DNA of 32,263 nt from Candidatus Tayloriibacteriota bacterium (GTDB lineage: Bacteria > Patescibacteriota > Minisyncoccia > Phycocordibacterales > PALSA-1337). The translations under genes were made by a program, and so were the position numbers. Position 1 is the stretch's first letter; every line of letters begins with the position of its first letter. Positions 1 through 9,024 of the stretch are shown here, one piece after another. The stretch spans positions 1 to 32,263 of the forward strand of contig JAYTYJ010000008.1 of the NCBI GenBank assembly GCA_043742445.1, written 5' to 3'. The notes under the pieces are model-generated. The model was not told the origin of the DNA. It saw nothing but the letters and a program-made list of their open reading frames with translations, and did not search any database.

Positions 1-190
1 AGTATTTTGAAAAAAAGAATACAGTAGAACAAAGAATAATTATGAGAAAAGTTGCAAATATTTTTTCTTTATTACCTTGAGGATAAATTATATTCATCTA
101 TTTTATTTTTGACATTTTTAATGTTCGACTTTACTCAATATTATACCACTAAATTATACTACTAAAAAAATTAATTCAAATATGTCGTAT

Positions 191-220
191 TTGACAAATA
201 TATTAGAATATGGTTATACT
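191..220 (+). promoter_or_regulatory. sigma70-like promoter, TTGACA-18 nt-TATACT
   Basis: TTGACA at 191-196 and TATACT at 215-220 were read directly. No ATG follows within 10 nt. The first long ORF starts at 340, so the transcript would carry a leader of about 110 nt. Confidence 0.45.
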
Positions 221-339
221 TATAGCATAAAGTTCTTTGAAGTTCCGAGCATGGGTTGAGTGCAAAATAAAGGAAATGATTGACTTGCTAGCACTGCGCT
301 AAGCGGATTATCTCCTTTACATGCACTACACACTAAGTT

Positions 340-564
340 ATGATCGTAAGTTTGATGCTCTGGACTCTGTTGGCTTTCCACGTAGTCTTCTATCTTATGG
401 TGACCGCGGTCACTATCAGCAACAAGGACGTCGGCCTCACCGCCATGTTCTTCTCGGGGTTCGCTTTCGTCGGGGGACTGCATTTCGGGAGGTGGACTGC
501 AAAGAAGGACCACCAAGACAACATAGCAGAAATTCTCGAGCGCTACAAGGTTCGGGGTCCATAG
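340..564 (+). CDS. small hypothetical membrane protein (74 aa, two hydrophobic helices)
   Basis: The ORF lies in a GC-richer patch. It has two hydrophobic stretches (LMLWTLLAFHVVFYLMVTAVTI and LTAMFFSGFAFVGGL). The stop is 24 nt before a strong intrinsic terminator. Other frames are also open here, so coding status is uncertain. Confidence 0.4.
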   Translation: MIVSLMLWTLLAFHVVFYLMVTAVTISNKDVGLTAMFFSGFAFVGGLHFGRWTAKKDHQDNIAEILERYKVRGP

Positions 565-588
565 AAGTTCGGCTCACAGCCAACTTTC

Positions 589-625
589 CCACACACTACT
601 TGAGTAGTGTGTGGTTTTCTTTTTG
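589..625 (+). terminator. rho-independent terminator
   Basis: Perfect 11-bp stem CCACACACTAC (589-599) / GTAGTGTGTGG (604-614) with loop TTGA, followed by TTTTCTTTTT. Confidence 0.7.
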
Positions 626-779
626 CTTGGCATAAACTAGAATTGGTCGAGAAACAGCGACTTTTCTATTTCATATTCACTAAAAAATTGGAATATGGAC
701 AGAAAGAAGGTTATCGAACCAAGAAAATACCAAGTTCCGTAAGGCTTTTTGAGGAATTTGCAGGTGCAAATCCCTACGA

Positions 780-799
780 TGTGGAGATGCTGGGAATCG
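780..799 (-). repeat. 20-bp duplicate of the ssrA 3' terminus (att-like)
   Basis: TGTGGAGATGCTGGGAATCG at 780-799 is identical to 955-974. The 955-974 copy covers the T-loop half to the 3' end of the tmRNA gene. Confidence 0.7.
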
Positions 800-914
800 G
801 TCACAGATAATTTCCTCGCCGCCGCTCGGAAATTTCCGCGACCCCGACTCGCGGTTCGCGCTACTGCGCTCACATCGCTCCGTCTTTCTCATCCCACCAT
901 CTCTCCAAAATCAG

Positions 915-950
915 GTAATAAAAAACACCAGCATACGCTGGCATTTTTTA
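915..950 (-). terminator. ssrA terminator (hairpin flanked by A and T runs)
   Basis: On the minus strand, GCCAGC-GTAT-GCTGGT is followed by TTTTTTATT immediately after the tmRNA 3' end. Stem CCAGC 928-932 pairs with GCTGG 937-941. Confidence 0.6.
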
Positions 951-956
951 TTACTG

Positions 957-1372
957 TGGAGATGCTGGGAATCGAACCCAGGTGCAGATGAGATCTCATA
1001 GTGCTTCTACATTGTATAGAAGACTTTATCGGAGTCGCCTCCTTTTAACGTAGACACTTTAAAGTAAACAAAATATGTATACGCGATTCCCGAAGTTTCA
1101 AACTACAAGCAGGGAAACGAATGTAGTTCTAGTCGAAAGTTATATCACTCAAGTATTCATTCCGACGATGAATACCGAGCGCCGTTTAGGGAACAGTATT
1201 AAACTGTTGCGTAAGCGAAAGTGACATCATGTGCCCCAAAATATGGAGACACAGCGGATGCTACCTTTGTTAATGCTGATTTAGCAGGTAACATGTTCTG
1301 TCAGTTTTAAGAGATAACAGCACTCTACAATGCACACTATAAGAACCTCAACTGTCGAGGCCTTTCATCCCC
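957..1372 (-). ncRNA. ssrA: tmRNA (SsrA)
   Basis: The reverse complement begins GGGGATGAAAGGCCTCGAC. It ends CTGGGTTCGATTCCCAGCATCTCCA, which is a T-arm plus acceptor strand CATCTCC pairing with GGGGATG, with discriminator A. CCA is not fully encoded. The gene is 13 nt from smpB. Candidate tag frame: GCA CAT GAT GTC ACT TTC GCT TAC GCA ACA GTT TAA (AHDVTFAYATV), with the stop in the loop of an AACAG/CTGTT hairpin. The tag is inferred only. Confidence 0.9.
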
Positions 1373-1385
1373 AAATTATAAGTTA

Positions 1386-1832
1386 TCAACGATCTTTAAA
1401 TTCTCTTCGAATATCACGATTCACTTCTCGCGTCTTGATGTCCTCTCGTTTATCAAATTTCTTTTTCCCTCGGACAATAGCGATTTGAATCTTAATTTTC
1501 TTACCTTTACTATACATTGAAATAGGCACTATTGTCAAACCGCTTTTTTCTTCAAAAGAAGATAGTTTAGATATTTCTTCTTTATTTAAAAGAATTCTAC
1601 GATTTCTTTTTGGTTCAAAGTCGGCAGGGGTATTTTTAATTTGATAGGGTGGAATATTTGAAGCGATAATAAAAGCTTCGCCACCACGAATTGTGATATG
1701 CGATCCAAGAAGCGAACCTTGTCCATTTTTAATACTTTTTACTTCATGACCTAGAAGCTCAATTCCTGCTTCAAAGGTCTCGAGAATTTCATAATTAACT
1801 TTAGTTTTTTTATTGCGTATAAACTCAGTCAC
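1386..1832 (-). CDS. smpB: SsrA-binding protein SmpB
   Basis: 148 aa with typical SmpB sequence (NYEILETFEAGIELLGHEVKSIK ... GKKKFDKRE), adjacent to ssrA. GTG start, TGA stop. Confidence 0.95.
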   Translation of the reverse strand: MTEFIRNKKTKVNYEILETFEAGIELLGHEVKSIKNGQGSLLGSHITIRGGEAFIIASNIPPYQIKNTPADFEPKRNRRILLNKEEISKLSSFEEKSGLTIVPISMYSKGKKIKIQIAIVRGKKKFDKREDIKTREVNRDIRREFKDR

Positions 1833-1838
1833 AAAAGA

Positions 1839-1870
1839 ATCATAGCATTTTTTGTTATTTTAAGTATAAT
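1839..1870. promoter_or_regulatory. back-to-back divergent -10 boxes for smpB and ftsH
   Basis: Minus-strand TATGAT (rc of 1839-1844) is followed by 6 nt and then the smpB GTG. Plus-strand TATAAT (1865-1870) is followed by 6 nt and then the ftsH ATG at 1877. No Shine-Dalgarno sequence is present in the 44-bp intergenic region. Confidence 0.55.
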
Positions 1871-1876
1871 CAAGAC

Positions 1877-3775
1877 ATGGCTAAAAATGATAAAAAAGTA
1901 AATAAAAAACCAAGTCGTTTCGGTCTTTTAAACTCCATTTCGATAGTACTTGTGGCACTTTTACTTGTTTCAAGCATTTTTTCTTTTATTTCTGATCAAA
2001 ACGCGAATGTTCAGAATATTGCTCTTTCTGATCTTGTTCACGATGTTGGAATGGCTAAGGTATTAGAGATCAAAGTCCAAGGTGATGATCTTATAGCGAC
2101 ATATTCTGATAAGACAATTAAAAAAACTCAAAAAGAAGCTGATTCTTCTATTACGGAAACGTTCATTCGCTACGGTCTAACTCCTGAAAAATTGAACGCT
2201 GTAAAAATAAAAGTTGAAGGACCTAGCGGTTTTATTTTTTGGCTTGTTCAGTTGGCGCCATTCATTGTACCCATTATTTTCCTTGGCCTGCTTATATGGT
2301 TTTTAACAAGACAAGTGCGTGGAGCTGGCATGCAAGCTTTTTCTTTCGGCCAGTCAAAAGCGCGGATTACATTGCCTGATGATAAGAAGCAAAAGGTTAC
2401 TTTTAAAGATGTCGCTGGAGCTAAAGAAGCCAAGCAAGAACTTTTAGAAATTGTAGATTTCTTGAGAAATCCAAAGAAGTTTTTAGAAATTGGAGCTGTT
2501 ATTCCTAAGGGAATTTTACTTATGGGCGCTCCAGGAACTGGAAAGACTTTACTTGCCAGAGCTGTTGCAGGTGAGGCGGGTGTAGCTTTTTTCGCAATCT
2601 CAGGATCGGAATTCGTAGAGATGTTTGTTGGAGTTGGAGCATCTCGAGTTCGCGATCTTTTTAAAATGGCAAAAGAAAATTCACCGGCTATTATTTTTGT
2701 TGATGAAATCGATGCTGTCGGTCGTGTGAGAGGAACTGGAGTTGGCGGAGGAAATGATGAACGTGAACAGACTCTTAACCAGATTCTGGTGGAAATGGAT
2801 GGATTCGAGCCAAATGAAAAAGTAATCGTTATGGCGGCAACAAATCGGCCTGATGTTTTAGATCCTGCTCTATTAAGGCCGGGACGTTTTGATCGAAGAG
2901 TTACGATTGATTTGCCAGACCGAAATGATAGAGAAGATATTTTGAAGATTCATTCAGCAAAGAAGCCTTTTGCAGAGGATGTAGTTTTAAGGGTGATTGC
3001 TGAAAGAACTCCAGGTTTTTCTGGAGCCGATCTGTATTCTTTGATGAATGAAGGAGCTATTCTTGCTGCACGTGAAAATAGAACAAAAGTCTCTCAGTAT
3101 GACCTCATTCGTGCAATCGAGAAGGTGATGCTCGGACCCGAACGGAAAAGTCATTTGCTTTCAAAGAAAGAAAAAGAAATTACGGCGTATCATGAAGCAG
3201 GGCATGCACTTGTAGCCTCAGTTTTACCTTTTGCAGATCCTGTTCACAAGATATCGATAATTTCTCGAGGGAGAGCTGCTGGGTATACTCTGCACTTGCC
3301 ATTAGAGGACCGAAAGATGCAAAGTAAAAAAGAATTTTTAGATGATATAGCTGTGTCGCTTGGAGGATATGTTGTAGAAAAAATAATGTTCGATGACGTT
3401 ACAACTGGTCCATCGAATGATCTTCAGGTTTCTACAGCTCTAGCAAGAGATATGGTAACAAAATACGGTATGTCAGAGAAAATAGGAGTATTAGCTTTAG
3501 AAAGTGCTGGTGGGAGAGCTATGTTTGGAAAGGGGGTAGAAGAAAATAGTATGTCAGAAAAAATTAGTGCGGATGTTGATGGAGAGGTTGCAAGAATAAT
3601 GGATGAAGGATATAAGAAGGCTGAATTTATTGTTAAAACACATAAATCGGCGCTTGACGCTATAGCAAAAAGGTTAATTGAGGTAGAAAACATCGAAAGA
3701 GAAGAATATGAAGCAATCATTGTTGCACACGGTATTCAGCCAAAGAAAAAATTAGATATTGAACATCAAATATGA
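1877..3775 (+). CDS. ftsH: ATP-dependent zinc metalloprotease FtsH
   Basis: 632 aa with an N-terminal TM pair, AAA+ Walker A GAPGTGKT, Walker B IIFVDEID, an SRH region, and the zinc motif HEAGHA. Confidence 0.97.
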   Translation: MAKNDKKVNKKPSRFGLLNSISIVLVALLLVSSIFSFISDQNANVQNIALSDLVHDVGMAKVLEIKVQGDDLIATYSDKTIKKTQKEADSSITETFIRYGLTPEKLNAVKIKVEGPSGFIFWLVQLAPFIVPIIFLGLLIWFLTRQVRGAGMQAFSFGQSKARITLPDDKKQKVTFKDVAGAKEAKQELLEIVDFLRNPKKFLEIGAVIPKGILLMGAPGTGKTLLARAVAGEAGVAFFAISGSEFVEMFVGVGASRVRDLFKMAKENSPAIIFVDEIDAVGRVRGTGVGGGNDEREQTLNQILVEMDGFEPNEKVIVMAATNRPDVLDPALLRPGRFDRRVTIDLPDRNDREDILKIHSAKKPFAEDVVLRVIAERTPGFSGADLYSLMNEGAILAARENRTKVSQYDLIRAIEKVMLGPERKSHLLSKKEKEITAYHEAGHALVASVLPFADPVHKISIISRGRAAGYTLHLPLEDRKMQSKKEFLDDIAVSLGGYVVEKIMFDDVTTGPSNDLQVSTALARDMVTKYGMSEKIGVLALESAGGRAMFGKGVEENSMSEKISADVDGEVARIMDEGYKKAEFIVKTHKSALDAIAKRLIEVENIEREEYEAIIVAHGIQPKKKLDIEHQI

Positions 3776-3806
3776 TATAAATTATGAGTGAATTGATTTC
3801 ATTCAT

Positions 3807-3880
3807 GCGCCTGTAGCTCAGTTGGTTAGAGCATCGAGCTTATACCTCGAGGGTCCCACGTTCGAATCGTGGCAGGCGCA
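3807..3880 (+). tRNA. tRNA-Ile, anticodon UAU
   Basis: Hand-folded cloverleaf: acceptor GCGCCTG/CAGGCGC, D arm GCTC..GAGC, anticodon arm TCGAG-CTTATAC-CTCGA, T arm CCACG-TTCGAAT-CGTGG, discriminator A. CCA is not encoded. Confidence 0.85.
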
Positions 3881-3936
3881 CAAATTTTAATTTGGAAGGA
3901 ATTATTAACCCAGAGAGGTAGAACATAAAGCGGCAC

Positions 3937-6114
3937 CTATTCCCAATGTGTAATAGCAGATTTCCTTTGTTCCAATTCTATTTTAATTTCAGAATATTTT
4001 TTTAGGTTTATATCAGTATCGATGATATTTTTTGCTTCTGTTCTAGCTGCTTCAACCATCTTTAAGTTTTGTAAGGCTTCCATTGCAATATCAGAGACGC
4101 CCCATTGTTTGGCTCCGGAAAGTTCTCCAGCCCCGCGGAATTTTAGATCGTACTCAGCAAGTTCGAAACCATTTTTTGCAGTCTGGAGAGCTTTGAGACG
4201 GGTGATTGTTTTTTCTGATTTAGTTTCGGCAAAGACATAACAATATGCTTGATTATTTGATCTTATAACACGACCACGAAGCTGGTGGAGCTGTGCAAGA
4301 CCAAATCTTTCAGCACCTTCAATTATGATACTGGTAGCGTTTGGAACATTTACCCCCACTTCAACAACAGATGTAGCACATAGAATATGGATTTTACCTG
4401 ATTTAAAATCAAGCATTACTCTATCTTTTTCTGATGGTTTCATTTTGCTGTGTAAAATACCTATCTCATATTCTGGGAAAACTTTTTCTTTTAGACGTTT
4501 TGATTCTTCTTTTACTGATTTTGCGAGAACAGCCATTTCTTTTTCTGGATCAGGTTCATTTATGCGGGGGCAAATGACATATGCTTGGCGGCCAGCTCTT
4601 AACTCTTCATGAATTTTTTCGTATACATTTTTTCGTTTATCGGGTGTCACGATTTCTGTAATTATTGACTTTCGTCCGTGAGGCATTTGATCAAGAATGG
4701 TAATGTCAAGATCGCCATAGATGGTGAGAGCAAGAGTGCGGGGAATAGGAGTCGCTGTCATAGATAGAAGGTGTGGTGCACGAGTCAATCCGTCTGCATC
4801 TTTTTGAACAAGAGAGGCTCTTTGTTTAAGTCCGAAACGATGCTGTTCATCGATGATGACGTAGGCTAGATTTTTAAATTTGACTGCTTTTTGAATTAGA
4901 GCGTGTGTACCGATAAGAATCGGGATTTCTCCATTCGCTACCCATTTTAAAAGCTGAACCCGAGAGATGTTAGTCCAACCTTTCTGATTTATTTTTGAGG
5001 GGAACTTTCTGCATCCACTTCCAGTAATCATTCCCACTTGAATTCCAAGATATGAAAAGTACTGAATAAAAGATTCAAAATGTTGCGTAGCTAGAATCTC
5101 AGTTGGGCACATATAGGCAACTTGGAGATGTCCGAACTTTCGATCTTTTGGTGTAGTTGTTACAACTGCATATGCCGTAGAGGCTGCGACAGCGGTCTTT
5201 CCAGAACCTACATCTCCTTCGAGTAGGCGAGACATAGCCTTACCTCCTTTAAAATCAGAAATGATAGCACGTATTGATTTCTGCTGAGCTTCGGTCGCTT
5301 GAAAAGGGAATCGTTTAATAAATTCTTGAAGGTTTTTCTCGGTAGGCTCTATAAGGAATGTTTCATTTTTCTCGTATTCTTTTCGTGCAATCTGCTTTTC
5401 GAGTTGGATAAAAAATATTTCTTCAAATGCAAAGCGCTTTCTGGCGGCTGTAGCATCCTGAGCTTTCATTGGGGTGTGTATCCAAATGAGAGCCGTCTTT
5501 AATCCTGGTAAATTGTACGTATCTAAAATATCTTTTGGGATCGGATCCTGTAGAGTTTCAAGAATATTATTTCGAAATATTTCGATTATTTTATGATACA
5601 TCCAATTTGAAGTGATACCGTGAGATTCTGGATATACTGGATATAACGTATGGGATTTTCCATCATCACCAAAAAGAGAATCACCAACTCCTGTTGGAAG
5701 TTTGTTAACGACTTCTATTTTAGGATTCGAAAAATAAAGTTCTTGGTTATTTTTCCTCTCTGAAATCTTTCCCTCGATACGGACGAGAGCTCCTTCTGGA
5801 GTCATTTTGGCTAAATATGGTTGATTGAACCAGACGCAATGGATCTTTCCACTTTCGTCTTCTACCCAGGCATCGGCCATAGTTACTTTTGTTTTAAATC
5901 CTTTACGTGCTTTGAGTCCTGATACTTTTCCAAAAATAACTGCCATATCACCTTTACCTAGCGAGGCAATATTCCTTGTTTCGGAGGTATCTCCGTATCG
6001 AGTAGGAAAATGATATAAAAGATCTCGGATAGTATTGATGCCAAGCTTTTTTAATGCCGCTTTTTGTGGGGGAATGAGGCGAGCATACTCAGATATGGGG
6101 GAAGTGTGGTGCAT
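3937..6114 (-). CDS. recG: ATP-dependent DNA helicase RecG
   Basis: 725 aa with an N-terminal wedge/OB region, helicase motif I GDVGSGKT, motif II DEQHRFG, and a C-terminal TRG-like region. TAG stop. Confidence 0.95.
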   Translation of the reverse strand: MHHTSPISEYARLIPPQKAALKKLGINTIRDLLYHFPTRYGDTSETRNIASLGKGDMAVIFGKVSGLKARKGFKTKVTMADAWVEDESGKIHCVWFNQPYLAKMTPEGALVRIEGKISERKNNQELYFSNPKIEVVNKLPTGVGDSLFGDDGKSHTLYPVYPESHGITSNWMYHKIIEIFRNNILETLQDPIPKDILDTYNLPGLKTALIWIHTPMKAQDATAARKRFAFEEIFFIQLEKQIARKEYEKNETFLIEPTEKNLQEFIKRFPFQATEAQQKSIRAIISDFKGGKAMSRLLEGDVGSGKTAVAASTAYAVVTTTPKDRKFGHLQVAYMCPTEILATQHFESFIQYFSYLGIQVGMITGSGCRKFPSKINQKGWTNISRVQLLKWVANGEIPILIGTHALIQKAVKFKNLAYVIIDEQHRFGLKQRASLVQKDADGLTRAPHLLSMTATPIPRTLALTIYGDLDITILDQMPHGRKSIITEIVTPDKRKNVYEKIHEELRAGRQAYVICPRINEPDPEKEMAVLAKSVKEESKRLKEKVFPEYEIGILHSKMKPSEKDRVMLDFKSGKIHILCATSVVEVGVNVPNATSIIIEGAERFGLAQLHQLRGRVIRSNNQAYCYVFAETKSEKTITRLKALQTAKNGFELAEYDLKFRGAGELSGAKQWGVSDIAMEALQNLKMVEAARTEAKNIIDTDINLKKYSEIKIELEQRKSAITHWE

Positions 6115-6120
6115 TATTGT

Positions 6121-6126
6121 ATTATA
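6121..6126 (-). promoter_or_regulatory. -10 box for recG in leaderless geometry
   Basis: The minus strand reads TATAAT-ACAATA-ATG, so the hexamer is exactly 6 nt before the recG start. Confidence 0.5.
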
Positions 6127-6154
6127 CGATAAAAACGTAGCTTGGAGTCTTTAT

Positions 6155-6183
6155 TTGACTATATATTAATAATATTGTAATAT
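6155..6183 (+). promoter_or_regulatory. sigma70-like promoter, TTGACT-17 nt-TAATAT
   Basis: TTGACT at 6155-6160 and TAATAT at 6178-6183. It would give a leader of about 60 nt for the ORF at 6249, unlike the leaderless geometry of neighbouring genes. Confidence 0.45.
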
Positions 6184-6248
6184 ACTAGACAGATTTTCTT
6201 TGATAAACTTGATAACCAAGAACGAAGAAAACATCGGAAGATACTGTT

Positions 6249-7466
6249 ATGTCCGTTACCATCAAAATTCGCGGAAACACTCATGGCGCAGGACAGTCTC
6301 ACAAAGACTTTGTCATTATGTTGGAAACTCTATCGAATAGTTTGGCCACACGTGGACTTACGGGTAACTACCGTATCAAAGTCTCCAGCCGGTCCATAGA
6401 GGCAAGAGAAGCTCGGATGTTTGCAATTCGGAGTGCGAATGACAATCGGCCTAACATCTGTTTCGTGCGAGTAAGCTTGCGCACCCATGACGATGCTTAT
6501 AACTGCTTCGTGTCGGTTGATGGAAAGGGTCAAATCATTAATTTCGAAAATCACATTAGGGCTTTATCCTTAGGAGGTAAGGGTCGGATCTTCTTTTCAG
6601 ATGATTTCAGATCTATCTCGAATCATGCGAGTTCGGCAGTATCAGGAAGTGTTGATAGCAAGCCTTCGATGGTATTCGTTGCGAGTGTTCCAGAAAGAGT
6701 AGTTTCAAGACCAGAAGCTCCAAGCTCAAAGCTCAAAGAAGATGAGATTGCTGGTTTGACTGGTTTCTACGCAGATGAAGAGAAGCGAGCCTTTGCTTTT
6801 CATCTCATCTATATTTTGGGAATAGAGCAGGGAAAAAAACCTGTTCTTGTCTCTGATATTGTGAGTAAGTTGCAAATGGACTGGGGTAAAACCTACAGGA
6901 TCACTTCTCGCGGGATTGGTCGTTCGTTGGGCATCCTTGGAAGTCGCGATGGATTCATTATTCGGACCAAGCCTACGAGGGCTCACTCTGTATGTTACTA
7001 CTTGACTCCAAGGGTTCTGATGTTTTTGGAAAAAACAGGACTCATCAGTCACGAGGATTCAAAGGCTTATAATAGACTTCCTGTGGACTCTATTGATGAT
7101 CAGGTTGTTGAGTTGCCGGCGAACCCTACTCCTCAGGAGAGGCTGGATTTTCTCCAAATTAGGTCAGCAAAATATCTTGCTGCCCAGGCCTTAGCCACTC
7201 AGGTCAAAGATGACCGAGCAGAGAGGGATCGTGAGAAAAATCGGATCGTTGATGAGATCATTCAGAAGAATAAGCTGATTGATGAATTCAAATTGAAGTT
7301 TAGAGCTGTAAGGGGAGAGTTGAAAAGTCTTCAAACTCAACTGGCCGAAATCGAGCTCGAAACCTCTACCGAAGACTATCTCGTCGAGCCGGTAGAGCTT
7401 TCGGACCTCAAAAAGCATCATGAGCAATATGAGAAGCTTGTGGGGATTCTTTCCACTATGGGGTAA
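6249..7466 (+). CDS. hypothetical protein (405 aa) with a C-terminal coiled coil
   Basis: A long ORF, visibly GC-richer than its neighbours. I recognise no family motif. The C-terminal ~100 aa is heptad-like and charged (DRAERDREKNRIVDEIIQKNKLIDEFKLKFRAVRGELKSLQTQLAEIELE). It has its own promoter and a strong terminator. Confidence 0.7.
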   Translation: MSVTIKIRGNTHGAGQSHKDFVIMLETLSNSLATRGLTGNYRIKVSSRSIEAREARMFAIRSANDNRPNICFVRVSLRTHDDAYNCFVSVDGKGQIINFENHIRALSLGGKGRIFFSDDFRSISNHASSAVSGSVDSKPSMVFVASVPERVVSRPEAPSSKLKEDEIAGLTGFYADEEKRAFAFHLIYILGIEQGKKPVLVSDIVSKLQMDWGKTYRITSRGIGRSLGILGSRDGFIIRTKPTRAHSVCYYLTPRVLMFLEKTGLISHEDSKAYNRLPVDSIDDQVVELPANPTPQERLDFLQIRSAKYLAAQALATQVKDDRAERDREKNRIVDEIIQKNKLIDEFKLKFRAVRGELKSLQTQLAEIELETSTEDYLVEPVELSDLKKHHEQYEKLVGILSTMG

Positions 7467-7486
7467 TTGGATCCGCGTTTGTTTGG

Positions 7487-7527
7487 AAAGGGCCGTCGGT
7501 TTAACCGACGGCCCTTTAGTGTTTTTA
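7487..7527 (+). terminator. rho-independent terminator
   Basis: 14-bp stem AAAGGGCCGTCGGT (7487-7500) / ACCGACGGCCCTTT (7505-7518) with loop TTAA, followed by AGTGTTTTT. Confidence 0.7.
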
Positions 7528-8295
7528 TATACCCCCTCTATTCCCAAAATATTTCAAGACTTCGTCTTCATGATTATAAAACTCTTTAGAACGTGGGTCG
7601 CGAGGCCGGGAAAGATCATTTGTTATCACTGACGTTATGGTACCTGGTCGATCAGAAAAAACAGCAATACGGTCAGATAGACTAATAGCTTCGTCAATAT
7701 AATGGCTAACCATGATAACGGTGGTACCTAATTCTTTCCATAAATCAAGAAGTATCTGTCGAAGATTGGTAGCGGTGTAAAAGTCTAATTCAGAAAAAGG
7801 TTCATCAAGAAAAATGACTTCAGGCTTTGAAACAAACGCGCGCGCAAGTCCTACGCGCTGTTTCATACCGCCTGAAAGTTCATGTGGAAAATGATGCTCA
7901 AAATCTAAAAGACCGAAAGGTTTTAGTATTGCATGAACTTCCTTTTCTCTTTCATGTTTCGGAATATTTTTTGCTATGAGGTTCAGTTCCACATTTTGAA
8001 AAACTGAAAGCCAAGGAAGGAGGCCAAAGTTTTGAAAGACAAAACTTATTTTTTCAGGATTAAAATTTTCGCCGTATGCTATTTCGCCGGAAGTTTTATC
8101 TATAAGACCCGCAAGAATGCGTAAAAGGGTAGACTTTCCACATCCAGATGGTCCGAGTAGAACAAGGAATTCACCTTGGTGAATAGTTAGTGATACGTCC
8201 TTTAAAGTTTCAAGTCGTCTGTGACCATCAGCTTTTGGAAAAACTTTACCAATATCTTTTATTTTTATAATAGGAGTAGACATTTTATTGTTCAA
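7525..8295 (-). CDS. ABC transporter ATP-binding protein (NitT/TauT-like)
   Basis: Walker A GPSGCGKST, signature LSGGMKQRV, Walker B VIFLDEPFSELD. Overlaps the upstream permease gene by 11 nt. Confidence 0.9.
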   Translation of the reverse strand: MNNKMSTPIIKIKDIGKVFPKADGHRRLETLKDVSLTIHQGEFLVLLGPSGCGKSTLLRILAGLIDKTSGEIAYGENFNPEKISFVFQNFGLLPWLSVFQNVELNLIAKNIPKHEREKEVHAILKPFGLLDFEHHFPHELSGGMKQRVGLARAFVSKPEVIFLDEPFSELDFYTATNLRQILLDLWKELGTTVIMVSHYIDEAISLSDRIAVFSDRPGTITSVITNDLSRPRDPRSKEFYNHEDEVLKYFGNRGGI

Positions 8296-9007
8296 TAAGG
8301 CGATGACTTTTTTCTAGAAGTGGTAACCAGACAAATTTGTTTATAACAAAGATCATCGATAGGAAAATAATAACACCGAAGAGGGTGGTCGAAGAACTTG
8401 TTGAAAATGTATTAAAAAATGGGCCAAGTCCGCTATTCATCTGTAGTAAAAGTTCTGTAGCAATGAGCGCCTCCCATCCATCGCCAAGGCCTATGATAGC
8501 TCCAGTCACGATCCCTGGAGCAGTCACTGGTAAAAGAAAATAACGAATATAGTCCAGTCCTCCAATCCTGCTTATTTTTACGGCATCATGCCAGTTTTGG
8601 TCGACCTGTTTCAATGAGCTTACGATAGAAAAAATAATAGGCCATATAATGGTGATGATAAGGAATAAAATAATAGTTAATTCTGAAGTGCCGAGATAGT
8701 GAACTGCAATAGGGAGAATGGTGAACGTCGGTAAGCTTTGCATGACATCAAAAACCGCAAGTGAAGCATTTTCAGTTTTACCTCTAATAAGTAGCACGAC
8801 GAGAACCCATGCAATAATAGTCGCAAATATAAAAGCAACACCAAGACGTATTGTCGAAATTAAAATACTTTCAAGAGATAATATAAAAGATAGTTTTGTT
8901 ATTGCAGAAAAAATAATAAGTAAAATAAGTGGTAATAAAAGAATAAAGAATCCAACGAAAAGATGTTTGTGAGATCGATTGAGTGAGAAGTGATGATATG
9001 CACGCAT
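8285..9007 (-). CDS. ABC transporter permease
   Basis: 240 aa, polytopic and hydrophobic, with a BPD-type permease layout. Translationally coupled to the ATPase gene. No substrate-binding protein gene is adjacent. Confidence 0.8.
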   Translation of the reverse strand: MRAYHHFSLNRSHKHLFVGFFILLLPLILLIIFSAITKLSFILSLESILISTIRLGVAFIFATIIAWVLVVLLIRGKTENASLAVFDVMQSLPTFTILPIAVHYLGTSELTIILFLIITIIWPIIFSIVSSLKQVDQNWHDAVKISRIGGLDYIRYFLLPVTAPGIVTGAIIGLGDGWEALIATELLLQMNSGLGPFFNTFSTSSSTTLFGVIIFLSMIFVINKFVWLPLLEKSHRLIEQ

Positions 9008-9024
9008 CGTTTTATTTTAGTTGT

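Noticed and set aside
228-613. Possible RNase P RNA or another large housekeeping RNA, suggested by the ~390-nt promoter-to-terminator unit with higher GC.
   Set aside because: I could not find the conserved GAGGAAAGTCC or ACAGAA..CGGCTTA-type elements on either strand. Only a weak GGGAAAGTTGGC resemblance is present.
810-840. Similarity between GCCGCCGCTCGGAAATTTC (near the ssrA scar) and the reverse complement of GAAACTTCGCGGCGGC at about 16117-16132 (next to the ACU tRNA). It was considered as a shared element end.
   Set aside because: The match is only about 16 of 19 positions in GC-rich low-complexity sequence. The positions relative to the att-like cores differ.
607-991. ORFs at 607-810, 637-873, 680-892 and 749-991.
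   Set aside because: They span the terminator, the att-like repeat and the tmRNA 3' end. They have no motifs and appear only because the patch is GC-rich.
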